DNA of 64,000 nt from Eledone cirrhosa. Its lineage: Eukaryota. A program made the translations under genes and the position numbers. The notes under the pieces were generated by a model. The model searched no databases and had not been told where the DNA came from. It worked only from the letters and a program-made list of their open reading frames with translations. The DNA is taken from positions 11,408,001 to 11,472,000 of the forward strand of contig OZ024753.1 of the NCBI GenBank assembly GCA_964016885.1, given 5' to 3'. Of the stretch, positions 1-12,748 are shown piece after piece; position 1 is the stretch's first letter; each line of letters opens with the position of its first letter.

Positions 1-1207
1 AGTGTGTGTGTGCGTGTATATATATATATATATATATATATGGACAGAGAGACATGTATAGATCTAAACCTTTGTTAGCAATATATGTCTTATTTTCAAA
101 CACTTTGTTTTATAAGCTAACTGGATGGCTGTTAATGATTGCTTCTTAATGATGAAACTGTAATTTGTATTAAGGCAATCCTAGAATTGCAAATGGCTTA
201 TTTAACTTTGAATTACCATATCCCTTCTTTTAAAGTGTTCCCATAGTAATTATGTGCTAATATAAACATTTACTTAACACTAACGAAGAGAATATTGAAG
301 TGAATTTCACCTGTCTCGCTCTCAAGAATCTGCAATCTTATGTCATTACATTTAACTCAAATGATAAAGACCAAATCTCAAATAATTTCCATTCATGATT
401 CAACTAATTCCACACTGCTTACGTTGGCAATATATTTCAAGCATTAGCAAATCTACATGCTGTACACCTCTCTCACATAGATTAAATATTTTATGTAGCA
501 AGTGAAAAAAATGCGTCAAAAAATGTATTGCTCATACAAAGGTTATGGCTAAATATAATGGAAAGCTTAATTCATGGATCGAAAATCTATTTCAGTCAAA
601 TCATCCATTAAACTTAACTGACTTTACAAATATAAAGGCAGCATTGTGTTTATATTACATACATATAGACTGCTGCAGTTCATATACATATTTCTAGAAT
701 AACCTTGCATCTTTCAAACTATAACACCAGAAATAGTAACAGGAACGATTAAATACCATATATATATAAAAATATATAAGAACAAATAAAACTGAAATCT
801 ATGTAAGAAATCTTATGAAATAAAATATCCAAGCTTAAATAAACAGTTTAACATATAAGATAAATATGATTTGGTAGTATTTTTTATTTGTTAGTATTTT
901 ATTATTTACTTAAATTGCTTGCAGTTTTTAGTTTTGCAATAAAAATATATTTTGTAGCGAACTTGAATTTACATAATAAAAAAGAACAAATATATTTATT
1001 CGTACATTGTTTGAATTTAAATGGTAAATTCGACTGGTAAACATACGCGAAAAAATAGTTGATATTAAAAATATATATCTGCTAATATAAATGGAGGAAG
1101 AAAAATATATGCAAATAGCGGTAGATTCTTCGTCGTTCTCAACGATGAGCATCATTTGTTCGATTAACTGAATTTCTAATCATCGAACAGTAAAGATAAT
1201 ACAAAAA

Positions 1208-1376
1208 ATAATTGTTTCTACTTTAGGCACAAGGCCACCAATTACCCAGTGCATTACTGGTACTTTATTTTATCGACCCCGTAAGGATGAAAGGCAAAGT
1301 TAACCTCGGCGGGATTTGAACTCAGAATGGCAAGGGCCGTAACTCTATGCGCCAAAGCATGGCATCCGACACTCTA
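1208..1376 (-). mobile_element. tRNA-derived SINE, family A (5'-truncated copy)
   Basis: Minus strand has B box GAGTTCAAATCC, central TTGCCTTTCATCCTTACGGGGTCGATAAAATAAAGTACCAG and tail GTAGAAACAATTATT. The same sequence recurs more than 20 times in the window. Confidence 0.9.
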
Positions 1377-1415
1377 AAAAATAATACTACCCACTGTGTA
1401 AACAAGCAATGAAAC

Positions 1416-1449
<34 letters not shown>

Positions 1450-1454
1450 CACAT

Positions 1455-1635
1455 GGTTGACGGCTAAGAGAAAGGAGTACTCAATACCGAAGTAGAGTGT
1501 TAATATTCATTTTATTAAAGCTGAATAGTGAGTCTTGTTTCTCCGGTGTTTCGCCTGTTTATCACAAGTTCATTAGATAAGAACAAGGTCTGATGATCCT
1601 GTGATAAACAAGCGAAACGCCAGAATACAAGACTC
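1455..1635. mobile_element. Fold-back mini-element with hammerhead-like motif (Penelope pLTR-derived)
   Basis: Inverted arms 1530-1577 and 1589-1635. The + arm reads CTGATGA(1590-1596)-TCCTGT-GATAA-ACAAGC-GAAAC. The minus-strand tail contains ACTCTACTTCGGTATTGAGTAC. Flanked by (CA)n. Confidence 0.65.
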
Positions 1636-1815
1636 CCTGTTCGCCCATAATAAAATGAACACACACACACACACACACACATACTTATTATATGTAAACA
1701 GTAAACGGAAACGGAAATGGTGTATGTATATGGCGGATTAGACACTATATTTATGTATAATAAATATATATAAGTGTTGGTACGAATGTTTTAATATGTG
1801 ATAGCTTTATATATA

Positions 1816-2442
1816 CTAGCAGCAGTACCCAGCGTTGCCTGGGTAGGTAAAATAATATCTGCTTTCATGAAAAGGTGTTGATCTTAGCGACGGCTTTTCG
1901 ATGGCTCATCTATGGCCACACACAGCCCATGTGGGGGAGGGTGGTGATGACCTCTATCACTGAGAAACGCGGGTGACTGACGAAGGGGCATGCTGTGGGA
2001 GGGAGTTTCGATTTTGAACAAAGTAGGTTGATTAATGTGGGTGCTAGAGCCGAAAAAGTGGAAATTTGAGTCTAAAAGTGGTATTTTTGAATATTTAAGC
2101 GCCTTCTACGCCGTCTATGAACAATAAATGCAAAATATAAAAGCATTACAGGATGTGCAATGGTAAATTCTATCTTGCTTTAAAATTTGAACGAAATCGG
2201 TGGCAAAATGTGGGAGCTGGAGCCAAAAATCTTATTTTTCGATACCTAAAAAAAGGTGACCCCTCTATCGACTTTTATCTTCAGAATAACCCCGGAATAA
2301 AAAAAAAACGATACATTGATATATAGAGAACACTCCCCGATGACTAATCTATGAGCTTGTAAAGTTTCATGAAAATCGGTCGTAAGATGTAGGCCCCTAT
2401 AGGTAATACACAGACACACACATACTTAATTTTATATATATA
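1816..2442 (-). mobile_element. Non-autonomous Helitron
   Basis: Minus strand ends with hairpin ACCCAG-GCAACG-CTGGGT (1827-1844), 7 nt, then CTAG (1816-1819) and T. The other end reads TATATATAAAATTAAGTATGTGTGTCTGTG. These are typical Helitron-N termini. Confidence 0.75.
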
Positions 2443-3113
2443 CAGTGACCAGTTGCAAAACACGTATATGTATGTGTATGTATATATATATGTAAACTTT
2501 TATATGTAATAATCTCCCACTAGGTTGAGATACAAATTTGGCTGTATTGTGCTGTGCTTTCTAGTAAAAATGCCACCAGTCGTAAGCAACTACCACACCC
2601 CTTCCAACTTGACCGCGACTACGTCACGATTTTTAGCCATTTTGAAATGAATTCTTGGCGCGATCGTTTTGGAAAATTTAATGTCAAGATATGAGCGAGA
2701 TTCCTGAAGAATCCGGCGCTCGAGTTTATATAATTATTACATAATTATTGGATAACTCAAAACACGGACGAAACCATGGTAGAGGTATTTAAGTGTATTC
2801 TATTTTCTCCTAGTTTATGTTAAACCTAATTCTGTTTAGTTGACTGTATCTAGGCGATTACGCTGTCGAAATATTCGATAAATATTCCGCTACAGCCGAC
2901 GCGAAGCGCTAGTTTTGGTTATTTGTTGGAGATTCCTTCATAGAAGCCTCATTCGTATAGCCTGGTCTATTCGATTTTTTATATAGTTAATTATGCTAAT
3001 TGGGAGAGGAAATATATACAGATATATATATATATATATATATGGAGAAGAAATTTATGAAATGGAAATGCGGGTATAAAGAATTTATTTATCGGACCTC
3101 ACAAACGAGGAAA

Positions 3114-3160
<47 letters not shown>

Positions 3161-3257
3161 TACTGTATCATTAATGAAAACATATAAAATATTGAAACGC
3201 TAACGTTTAGAGCCCACAGTTATTGACAGAGCTGTAGCATGATGTCAAGCTAAAGGA

Positions 3258-3336
3258 TATTACAATTGTTTCGATATCAAGCCCAGGGTTCAATCAAGGT
3301 GACGGATCCGTATACTTTTTGACTTCTCGTCAGATA
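3258..3336 (-). ncRNA. Type I hammerhead ribozyme motif with long loop II
   Basis: TAT-CTGACGA-GAAGTCAA..(about 39 nt)..TTGATATC-GAA-ACAATTGT-A-ATA: intact core, palindromic stem III, GUA site, 3-bp stem I. Confidence 0.65.
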
Positions 3337-3591
3337 GGCGAGCTTATATGTGAAAAAACAGTTTGTACATATGCTGCAACACAGAATTTGACTTTTTAAG
3401 TCTCTCTTTCCCTATATATATAATAAAGGTGTGAAGAATAACAAGGATCAGCTATACAGTAACGTTTAGTCCAACTATTAACAAATGTTTCATTGGTCCG
3501 GTGTGTCTAAAAACTGCTATCCGCAGTGCGCCGCGACACTTGAATGATTGCCTTAAACGATACCTCGTTAATTTATATATATATATAGATA

Positions 3592-3788
3592 TAGAACACT
3601 AGAAGTTAATATCCGTAGTGGTAGAGCAGTCAGTCCATGGGACGAGTTAGGTTGAAGTGGTTACACAACAGTTACTTCACCATACCGAGAACAATTGTTT
3701 CACCTTAGCGGATCCTTATGAGCTGAGGATCCGCCAAGGTGAAACAGTTGTTCTCGGTATGGTGAACTAACTGTTGTGTAACCACTTC
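3592..3788. mobile_element. Fold-back mini-element family B (hammerhead-bearing) in (TA)n
   Basis: Inverted arms 3654-3717 and 3725-3788, with a tail at 3592-3653. A second copy lies at 59687-59860. Confidence 0.8.
3720..3755 (+). ncRNA. Minimal type I hammerhead ribozyme
   Basis: GAG-CTGAGGA-TCC-GCCAA-GGT-GAA-ACAGTTGT-T-CTC. Confidence 0.7.
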
Positions 3789-4544
3789 TATATAATATAA
3801 TGGTTTCTACGTTTTGACACAAGGCCAGCAATTACCCAGTGCATTACGGCTACTTTATTTTATCGTATATTATATTATATATATATTTGTATATACATAT
3901 ATACATACTTACATATATGGGGACAGGGTTGAGTATTTTTAGATACGTGTATCTATCTATTTGTATATAAAAGTTATTTATATATATTTAGATATGCGCA
4001 ATAGAACTGCAGTATTAAACGAAAGATATGAATCTTAATGTGGATATGTATCTAGTTTATTGCAACTAACTTACTTAGTATATCTAATATATCTAATATA
4101 TATTCCTAACAACCGCATACACATTGATCTTGAAAGTAAGTTCATTTCCCGGATACAGTGAAACGACAGTAATGGTTATGGAAATTTGACCCGTCAGCCG
4201 ATAGAGTATACCTTATATCCCCATCGTTTGCCATAGAATAAACACAAGAACCTAAGTAAGCAACCACAGCAACGTAGACATATCATACACTCAATAATAC
4301 TTATAAATATACATGATCTCTTATAGATGATCTTCAAAGAATTACGAAGCAGCAATGCGCTTACTCACTCAATCTTACTTACCTGAAAATTCTAACGTTG
4401 CAAGTTATATCAGCGTTATGTTAATAATGGCTACACTGAGACTATATGTAGTAAAATATAAAATAAAGTCTTCAATCACAATCAAAGATGTCCGCATTGA
4501 TATGTATTAAATGTACTGATCCGTCTAGCTAGCTTTCGGTGGAT

Positions 4545-4548
4545 CAAA

Positions 4549-4625
<77 letters not shown>

Positions 4626-4738
4626 GCACATACATATATATATATACACGTACATATTTATATACATATACATATATATATATGCAGATATACATATATA
4701 TATAATATACACGTACATATATATATATATGTATATAT

Positions 4739-4783
<45 letters not shown>

Positions 4784-4812
4784 CATACATATATATATAT
4801 ATATGTATATAT

Positions 4813-4894
<82 letters not shown>

Positions 4895-4958
4895 AGTATG
4901 TTTTGAAACAGTGAGCAGGTTTGAAATTAGAAAATAGAATAGCTTTCACCGTATTTAG

Positions 4959-5039
<81 letters not shown>

Positions 5040-5330
5040 CACATATATAGATATATGTAAGTATGTGTATATATATATGTATGTATGTGTGTATATATAT
5101 ATGTATGTGTATATATATATGTGTATATATATATATATGTATGCGTATATATATATGTATGTGTATATATATATATATATGTGTATGTGTATATATATGT
5201 ATATATATATATGTATTTGTATATATATATATATGTATGTGTATATATATGTATGTGTATATATATGTATATATATATGTATGTGTATATATACATATAT
5301 ATATATATATATTATATATATATATATTTA
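4545..5330. repeat. Compound (TA)n/(TG) microsatellite blocks
   Basis: Seen directly; source of the YI-repeat ORFs. Confidence 0.95.
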
Positions 5331-5510
5331 AAAGAATAGAGGTGTAACACACAAGTTATGATATATTGGTAAACGGAAAAGAAAATGGTGACAAATTCTT
5401 CACAGTGAAAAATAGTTTAATTAGGAATAAGTGAGAATTAGTAATAGTATTGGTTAGTATTCAGTTTTGGTTTTAAGTTTAAACGGTTGCGCATTTCTAA
5501 TGCTTTTCAA

Positions 5511-5569
5511 AAATAATTTTGAGATAGAGTGTCCGCAAACATCACGGACGCTCTATCTCAAAATTATTT
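5511..5569. repeat. Near-perfect hairpin (25-bp arms, 9-nt loop)
   Basis: AAATAATTTTGAGATAGAGTGTCCG / CGGACGCTCTATCTCAAAATTATTT. Confidence 0.85.
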
Positions 5570-5710
5570 ATATATATAAAAGTAGACATTTTATCTGACA
5601 CTAACTGCAAATGATCTATCATTTGAACTATTTATCATACTATCTGATTGTCGTGAAATATCGAACTTAAAATGTTATCAACTCTCACAGTTTTCCTTAT
5701 TATTATTATT

Positions 5711-5867
5711 AGAGGGTCGGACGCCATGCTTTCCAGCATAGTTACGTCCCTTTACGATCTGAGTTCAAATCCCGCCGAGGTTGACTTTGCCTTTCATCCT
5801 TACGGGGTCGATAAAATAAAGTACCAGTAATGTACTAGTTAATTGCTGGCCTTGTGCCAATAGTAGA

Positions 5868-5870
<3 letters not shown>
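5711..5870 (+). mobile_element. SINE family A
   Basis: B box, central domain and tail running into (TAA)n. Confidence 0.9.
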
Positions 5871-5939
<69 letters not shown>

Positions 5940-5984
5940 TATTAATATTATCCGCATTATATAATATATATGTATATTATATTT

Positions 5985-6019
<35 letters not shown>

Positions 6020-6089
6020 CATATATATACATGTATATTATATTTACATATATAAACATATGTATATTATATTTACATATATAAATATA

Positions 6090-6153
<64 letters not shown>

Positions 6154-6619
6154 GTGTGTGTGTTTACTATTTACATATATAAATGTGTATATAAATTAAT
6201 GTGTGTGTGTGTTTGTGTGCCTGCAGGAATGTATGTGTGTATGCCTGTCTGTGTGTGTGTGTGTGTGTGTGAGAGTGTGTGATTGTGAATGTGTGTGCCT
6301 GTGTGATACATATGGAGAAAATCCCATTACTTACATGCAGACAATCTCAATTCTCATGATAAATCCTTATTCAAGGACAGACTTAATCTCAGACTTAATT
6401 TGACCTATTAATTTGAGACTCATTTGATTGCCAATGAAGTGACCTTTCCTTATTTGGTATTGGAGATTCAACCAGTCTCGGTTGTAGATATTGGACATGC
6501 TCTCTTGTCGACATAATATATTTATTGCATCTATGATATACTTGGCTGTGTTTTTTTTATGTTAAAAACCATCATCTCTCATACCGAATATCAAACTCAA
6601 ATGACAGGGAGTGTATAGC

Positions 6620-7095
6620 CAGGGTCTCCATAATGGTCGATATCCACCCCTGTGGGTCGAGAAAGTCCTGGGGTACAAAAGAGGGTCGATAAACCCTAGG
6701 GGTCGACGGCTGACATTCGTACAAGAAATAAACATACATAAAATACAACTTGCTGACAGACATTTCTTTTCATTATCTGTTTGTCACAAAACTCCTCTTA
6801 CACTATGACAGTATACATCTTTACCTTTTTGTTTCGCTATATTTCATGAGACATATTTACAGGTGGATGGAATACAGAACAACAATTTTGTAGGAAATGG
6901 TATGCCGTTTCCTATACTGATGTATATTGAAAGCAGGGTTTGGTGTACAGTTTCCCAAACTTAGTTTGGGAAACATGAAACCTGCGAATCTACTTAATTA
7001 ATTTTATTAATTCATTATTTTTCTTTACACGCCTGGGGTCGACGCGGTTTCAAGGATTCCATGAGGAGTCGGTGGTCGAAACAGTTGGGGATCGT
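6620..7095. mobile_element. Possible degenerate hAT-like non-autonomous DNA transposon
   Basis: Starts CAGGGTCTCC, has repeated GGGTCGA subterminal motifs at both ends and ends ...CAGTTGGGGATC. TIRs are not clean. Confidence 0.3.
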
Positions 7096-7910
7096 TTTTG
7101 TATGCTATTATGATAGAGAAACGTTTATACTTAGATTCGAAACACAATAGTGTGTCTATTTGCAGTTCAGAAAACGTAGCTGAAAATTAAAAAATTAATT
7201 CATGTTTGACTATACTGCCTTTACGGACTGCCAGGGAAGGAATAGCTGTTTTAAAATAGCAGCTTTTAAGTGTTGAGTGTGAATCTATTAAAATGTTATT
7301 GCTGCGTGTTTGAGACGTGGCTTCAGAATAAAATCTATGTAAACTACTTCACCTTGCTACCCATAAACAATAGCATATCCTATGGGGATGATACCTTTGA
7401 TAAATTAGGATTCTATCAATGAAGGATACCTGTTTTAAATTATAATCCAATTTATTGCGTTTTTAAATTTATTTTACTGCAATAATATTATATTTTGAAA
7501 TTCCATTCACAATTTTATTATGTTATAACAATAAAAAGGACAAAACATGACAAGGATAATATTATCGATCTGTGAAAACCCGTATGCGTTATTAATTCGA
7601 TTTGGATGGCAATCGTGCAGATTGATGTAATTTTGGTGTTACTAATTACATAATATTAGGATGATTTCACTCTTTCCGTTGGGGTCGAGATACCAAGTTC
7701 AATGTTCATAATAAAATAAGAATGACTTGTGTTTAACTATGGCATGTTAATTACATAATATTCATTACACTAATGGAAATCAACATTTGACACATATGGT
7801 GACAAAGTTTAATATAAAGAACCAACGAAAGGAGTTTCGGTATTGTTACTCAACCCACTAGAAATAGCAGTAGCAACCAAAATACGCATCAAACAATATT
7901 CTACGTTGAG

Positions 7911-8163
7911 GGCTACCTCCCTACTCACCACCTTAGGCGCTGAGCTGACCAGCCGCAGGTGTGAGCCTCGCGAGATGAGAATGGCTTTTCCTGCGCATCT
8001 CCCTTACCATCCTCCGGGGAAACGCCTTCTCCATTCTGTCCGCCGAGGCTGTGGGGGGAGGCCAGCACATCGGACCCCATTTGCTCATACTACAGAGAGA
8101 TGGGGATGGCGAGAGAGATGGAGGCGATGACAGTGGGATTTCGGCTCTTCCACGTTCGGACCA
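7911..8163 (+). mobile_element. 3' end of CRE-type RLE non-LTR retrotransposon
   Basis: Encodes LLTTLGAELTSRRCEPRE then, after a frameshift, ISLTILRGNAFSIL. Homologous to 25520-25850 and 51115-51535. Confidence 0.7.
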
Positions 8164-10140
8164 TATCCTTGTAGTTGTGTTCATTAAGCAGTTATTGAGT
8201 CTGTTCATATATATACTCAATAGTGTACATAGTGTATATATCAAATGAAATTCCTGTTTATATATACACAACTAAGCAGTTCATCTGTAAACAGGTAATT
8301 TTATCCTTATATCCACAAAGAAAGAAACATGGCACACAAGATAATGTGGTGATAGATACTGTAGTGTGTCCAAAAGTAATTTGATATAGTCACTGTTGGA
8401 ATACCACTAACTGGATATATTGAGAGATGGCAAAAGTAATAGAAATAGTTGAAAGGAATGTATAAATAGTTCAAAGGAATAGTTCAAAGGAATGTATAAG
8501 GAATGTGGTGAGAGGATAAAGAATATATTTATGTTGTGTAGAATCCTTAGTTGTAGAGAGATGAGGAAATACCAGATGGTGCATAAGCATTATTTAGCAA
8601 CATTGCTGAAAAACATTTTACAACTTCGTTGTAAAATGTAAAAAGTATTTAGGTATATTAACCTTGATCATGGTAACAATCAATAATAAAATGTTGCACT
8701 TGATTGTAGAGATTTATAACTATTTGTATAACTACTTGAAGTCGTTTAACTTGATTAAATAATTATATAAATAAATATAATTTGTATGAATATCCCTAGT
8801 TATCACAGGAAGTATCTTTCTTTGAAGACAAAAATAAACTAAAGTTACTTCCGTCAACATGCAGCATGGTCAACATATATATTAAAGAAACCCATTGTGA
8901 ATAGATTTACCAACAATTTCAATACTTAAATGACTAAATGTCGCAAACAAGCGTAAAGGAATCAAGAAACCTTTGAACAAAAACTAGGTTTCAAAGAAAA
9001 TAATTTCTTTTAATGTGTAGCGGCAATGCAGCATTGATCTTATGTATTTCAAATCTATTATCTATTTTCTAGATTAAATAAAACATTTCTGTTAGCAATC
9101 ATCCATTTCCAGGTGATAGTACCACGTGTTTTTAAATTCTCGTATGCTTGTCATGAAAATACATTTACCCCAATAAAACAAATTACATGTTTTGTCTCTG
9201 TATCTTGATGTTTTCCAATGTTGAAGTAATATTACACAATACAGAGATTGGCGACATATTGTTTTATTATATGTATTTACAGCGTATACGTTGTTTCCTT
9301 CAGTTAATACAGTCATTGAATATCAATACTGAAGATAAGGCCGCATTCCCAGTTGAAATCATCTAATTTTGTTTACTTCTCTAATACACTTGATAATTGA
9401 AAGGATTTCAAGACGAGTCGTATCACTTTGCTTTTGCTGCTGATGTAAAATATTTCGTTTTCTATATAACCTCATAGATATGGAGAAATGCTCGCTTTTA
9501 TATATATATACATATACATATACATGAACGTATTAATGTACACATACACACAGATACACATACACACGTGCATGTGTGTCTGTGTTTTGTGTGTGTGTGT
9601 GATTGTGTGTGTCTGTGGTATATGTTGTTTTTGTACGCATTTTCTGTTTATAAATTTATGTATTGAAATAAAAATTGAAAGCAACTAAAGAGGGGAAAAC
9701 AAATAAGAACACGCGAGAAAATAAAATAACGTTGTTTAAAATGGCCGCAAATATGCGACAGCAGTAGAGGTTTTGTTAGGGATAAACGATTCACTTTTCC
9801 CTTTCTGTTGCTCACATTCCTTTCAACTACATAATTGCATTAGGAATTGTATAGAGGAGATGTAGTTGCTTAATCATAAACAACAACAACAACGATAACA
9901 GCAAAATAGCGGGCCAAACACAAAGAGAATCAGCACTAACGGCAATTCCTATCTTCCCATCAAACCGATATATTGTGTCAATGAAAAGAGGCTCTCTTCA
10001 CTGCAAAATACAAACATTTCCTTCCTTCATTGATATTATTATTGCTTCAGCAATAGCAAATGTTAAGGACGTAGTGAATGTAAATATAATGAAGGTATAA
10101 CTCTCACATGTTAAACATAGTTATCTAAGAAAGAACAAAA

Positions 10141-10936
10141 CCAACAAAAAATTACCAAGCCAACATAATAAAAAATGGGTGCAGCCCACTATGCCGTGTA
10201 TGCAAAAAACAACCAGAGACCATTGACCATATAATTTCAATGTGCAGTCCTATAGCTCCAACCGAATACCTAAACAGGCATGACAGAGCTGCACAATACA
10301 TACATTGGATAATGTGTAAGCATTTTGACCTGCCCCATCAAAAGAATTGGTGGGAGCATCAACCACCTCCCATACTTGAAAAAGATCACATCTCAATCTT
10401 GTGGAACTTTAGCATCCAAACAGACCGAAAAATAGATGCAAATAGACCTGATATAATATTGAAGGACTTTCAAAGGAGGGTATGCCTGCTAATTGATATG
10501 TCTGTTCCAATAGACAAGAATGTATCTATAAAAACATTTGAAAAATTGAGCAAGTATAAGGACCTGGAGATAGAAATTGGAAAAATGTGGAAATTGAGAA
10601 CTAAAACAATACCAGTGGTTGTAGGCGCTCTGGGAATGATACCTAAGGGGTCTAACGACTACTTATCGCAAATCCCAGGAAACCCGCGTATAGGAGAAAT
10701 ACAAAAGATAGTACTAATGGGAACTGCCCATATACTAAGGAAGATCCTGTCAATATAAGTACATCACAAGTCTAAACACTAAGGATGCATGTGTGAATAT
10801 GTGTGTTCTTTCTTGAACATGGCGGACCTTGTTGTCTCTTGAGGTCACTGGTTGTGACTTGGTGATAACTCGTATAAACATAAAGCAAGATAAATGCAAA
10901 TAATAATAATAATAATAAAGTAAGATAAATGCAGCT

Positions 10937-10940
<4 letters not shown>
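10141..10940 (+). mobile_element. 5'-truncated Dong/R4-type LINE, copy 1
   Basis: CCHC, RHD and PD..D RLE domain (ORF 10240-10758). Nearly identical to 11909-12720. Ends in (TAA)n. Confidence 0.9.
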
Positions 10941-10981
<41 letters not shown>

Positions 10982-10989
10982 GAAAGAGC

Positions 10990-11054
<65 letters not shown>

Positions 11055-11055
<1 letters not shown>

Positions 11056-12715
11056 TGACATTAAAATGGAGTTTGGACTAGATAAATGCGCCAAAGCAAC
11101 GTTCACCAGAGGAAAGCTGCTGAAGAGTTCAGACATTAATCTTGATCGGGGGAACGTGATAAGAGAATTTGATCAAGAAAAAACTTACAAATATCTAGGT
11201 GTTTGTGAAGGAGACGGAATCAAGCACTCGACAATGAGGGAAAGGATAAGGAAGGAATGTTACCGCAGAGTAAGAGCAATCTTAAGAACGGAATTGAATG
11301 CAAGGAATAGGATCGATGCCATAAACACGCTTGCCATACCAGTAGTAACCTACAGTTACAATGTCATCAACTGGTCAAGCACAGAGATCCGTAGGCTCGA
11401 TACAAAAATTCGAAAATTCTTAACCATGCACAGAATGCATCACCCTAAGGCAGATATAGATAGAATATATCTCCCTAGGAAAGAAGGAGGACGTGGGTTA
11501 ATCCAGTTAGACATTGCGTTGAAAACTGCAACAATTGGATTATCTACATATCTAAGGGAATCACATGATTGGATGATCAAACTCGTTTTGAAACACGAAA
11601 GCATCAAAAGATCATATTCCATTACAAAAGATGCACAAAGATACAGTAATGGACTACAAATTTCAGAAGTCCCATTTACTGCTGAAATGGAAAACACAGA
11701 AAAAGCAAAGCCGGTAAAAGTAACTGCAAAGAAAGAACTGCTACAGAAACTGGCTAAGAAATGGCAAGAAAAGCCTCTGTATGGAAAATACCCAGAGCGA
11801 GCTAACAATCCTGATGTTGACAAAACTTTAACCCATCAGTGGTTGGCATCCTCTGGACTGAAATCGGAGACTGAAGGACTGATTATATCGGCACAAGATC
11901 AGTGTCTGCCAACAAAAAATTACCAAGCCAACATAATAAAAAATGGGTGCAGCCCATTATGCCGTGTATGCAAAAAACAACCAGAGACCATTGACCATAT
12001 AATTTCAATGTGCAGTCCTATAGCTCCAACCGAATACCTAAACAGGCATGACAGAGCTGCACAATACATACATTGGATAATGTGTAAGCATTTTGACCTG
12101 CCCCATCAAAAGAATTGGTGGGAGCATCAACCACCTCCCATACTTGAAAAAGATCACATCTCAATCTTGTGGAACTTTAGCATCCAAACAGACCAAAAAA
12201 TAGATGCAAACAGACCTGATATAATATTGAAAGACTTTCAAAAGAGGGTATGCCTGCTAATTGATATGTCTGTTCCAATAGACAAGAATGTATCTATAAA
12301 AACATTTGAAAAATTGAGCAAATATAAGGACCTGGAGATAGAAATTGGAAAAATGTGGAAATTGAGAACTAAAACAATACCAGTGGTTGTAGGCGCTCTG
12401 GGAATGATACCTAAGGGGTCTAATGATTACATATCGCAAATCCCAGGAAACCCGCGTATAGGAGAAATACAAAAGATAGTACTAATGGGAACTGCCCATA
12501 TACTAAGGAAGATTCTGTCAATATAAGTACATCACAAGTCTAAACACTAAAGATGCATGTGTGAATATGTATGTTCTTTCTTGAACATGTCGGACCTTGT
12601 TGTCTCTTGAGGTCACTGGTTGTGACTTGGTGATAACTCGTATGAACATAAAGCAAGATAAATGCAACTGTAATAATAATAATAATAATAATAATAAAGC
12701 AAGATAAATTCAGCT

Positions 12716-12720
<5 letters not shown>
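11055..12720 (+). mobile_element. 5'-truncated Dong/R4-type LINE, copy 2
   Basis: Flanked by (TAA)n on both sides; uninterrupted ORF plus 3' UTR. (TAA)n targeting is established for Dong elements. Confidence 0.9.
11066..12526 (+). CDS. C-terminal part of RT-RLE protein (end of RT, thumb, zinc knuckle, restriction-like endonuclease)
   Basis: MEFGLDKCA and YKYLG (late RT motifs), CRVCKKQPETIDHIISMC, RHD, RPDII..LIDMSVP, KLSKYKDL. 486 aa without stops, but the RT catalytic core is missing. Confidence 0.85.
   Translation: MEFGLDKCAKATFTRGKLLKSSDINLDRGNVIREFDQEKTYKYLGVCEGDGIKHSTMRERIRKECYRRVRAILRTELNARNRIDAINTLAIPVVTYSYNVINWSSTEIRRLDTKIRKFLTMHRMHHPKADIDRIYLPRKEGGRGLIQLDIALKTATIGLSTYLRESHDWMIKLVLKHESIKRSYSITKDAQRYSNGLQISEVPFTAEMENTEKAKPVKVTAKKELLQKLAKKWQEKPLYGKYPERANNPDVDKTLTHQWLASSGLKSETEGLIISAQDQCLPTKNYQANIIKNGCSPLCRVCKKQPETIDHIISMCSPIAPTEYLNRHDRAAQYIHWIMCKHFDLPHQKNWWEHQPPPILEKDHISILWNFSIQTDQKIDANRPDIILKDFQKRVCLLIDMSVPIDKNVSIKTFEKLSKYKDLEIEIGKMWKLRTKTIPVVVGALGMIPKGSNDYISQIPGNPRIGEIQKIVLMGTAHILRKILSI

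Positions 12721-12748
<28 letters not shown>

Noticed and set aside
2693-2722. GAGATTC-CTGAAGA hammerhead-like start
   Set aside because: No stem II-GAAA-stem III follows.
9326-9366. CTGAAGA...GAAATCATC hammerhead candidate
   Set aside because: Stem II does not pair and stem I is only 2 bp; likely chance.
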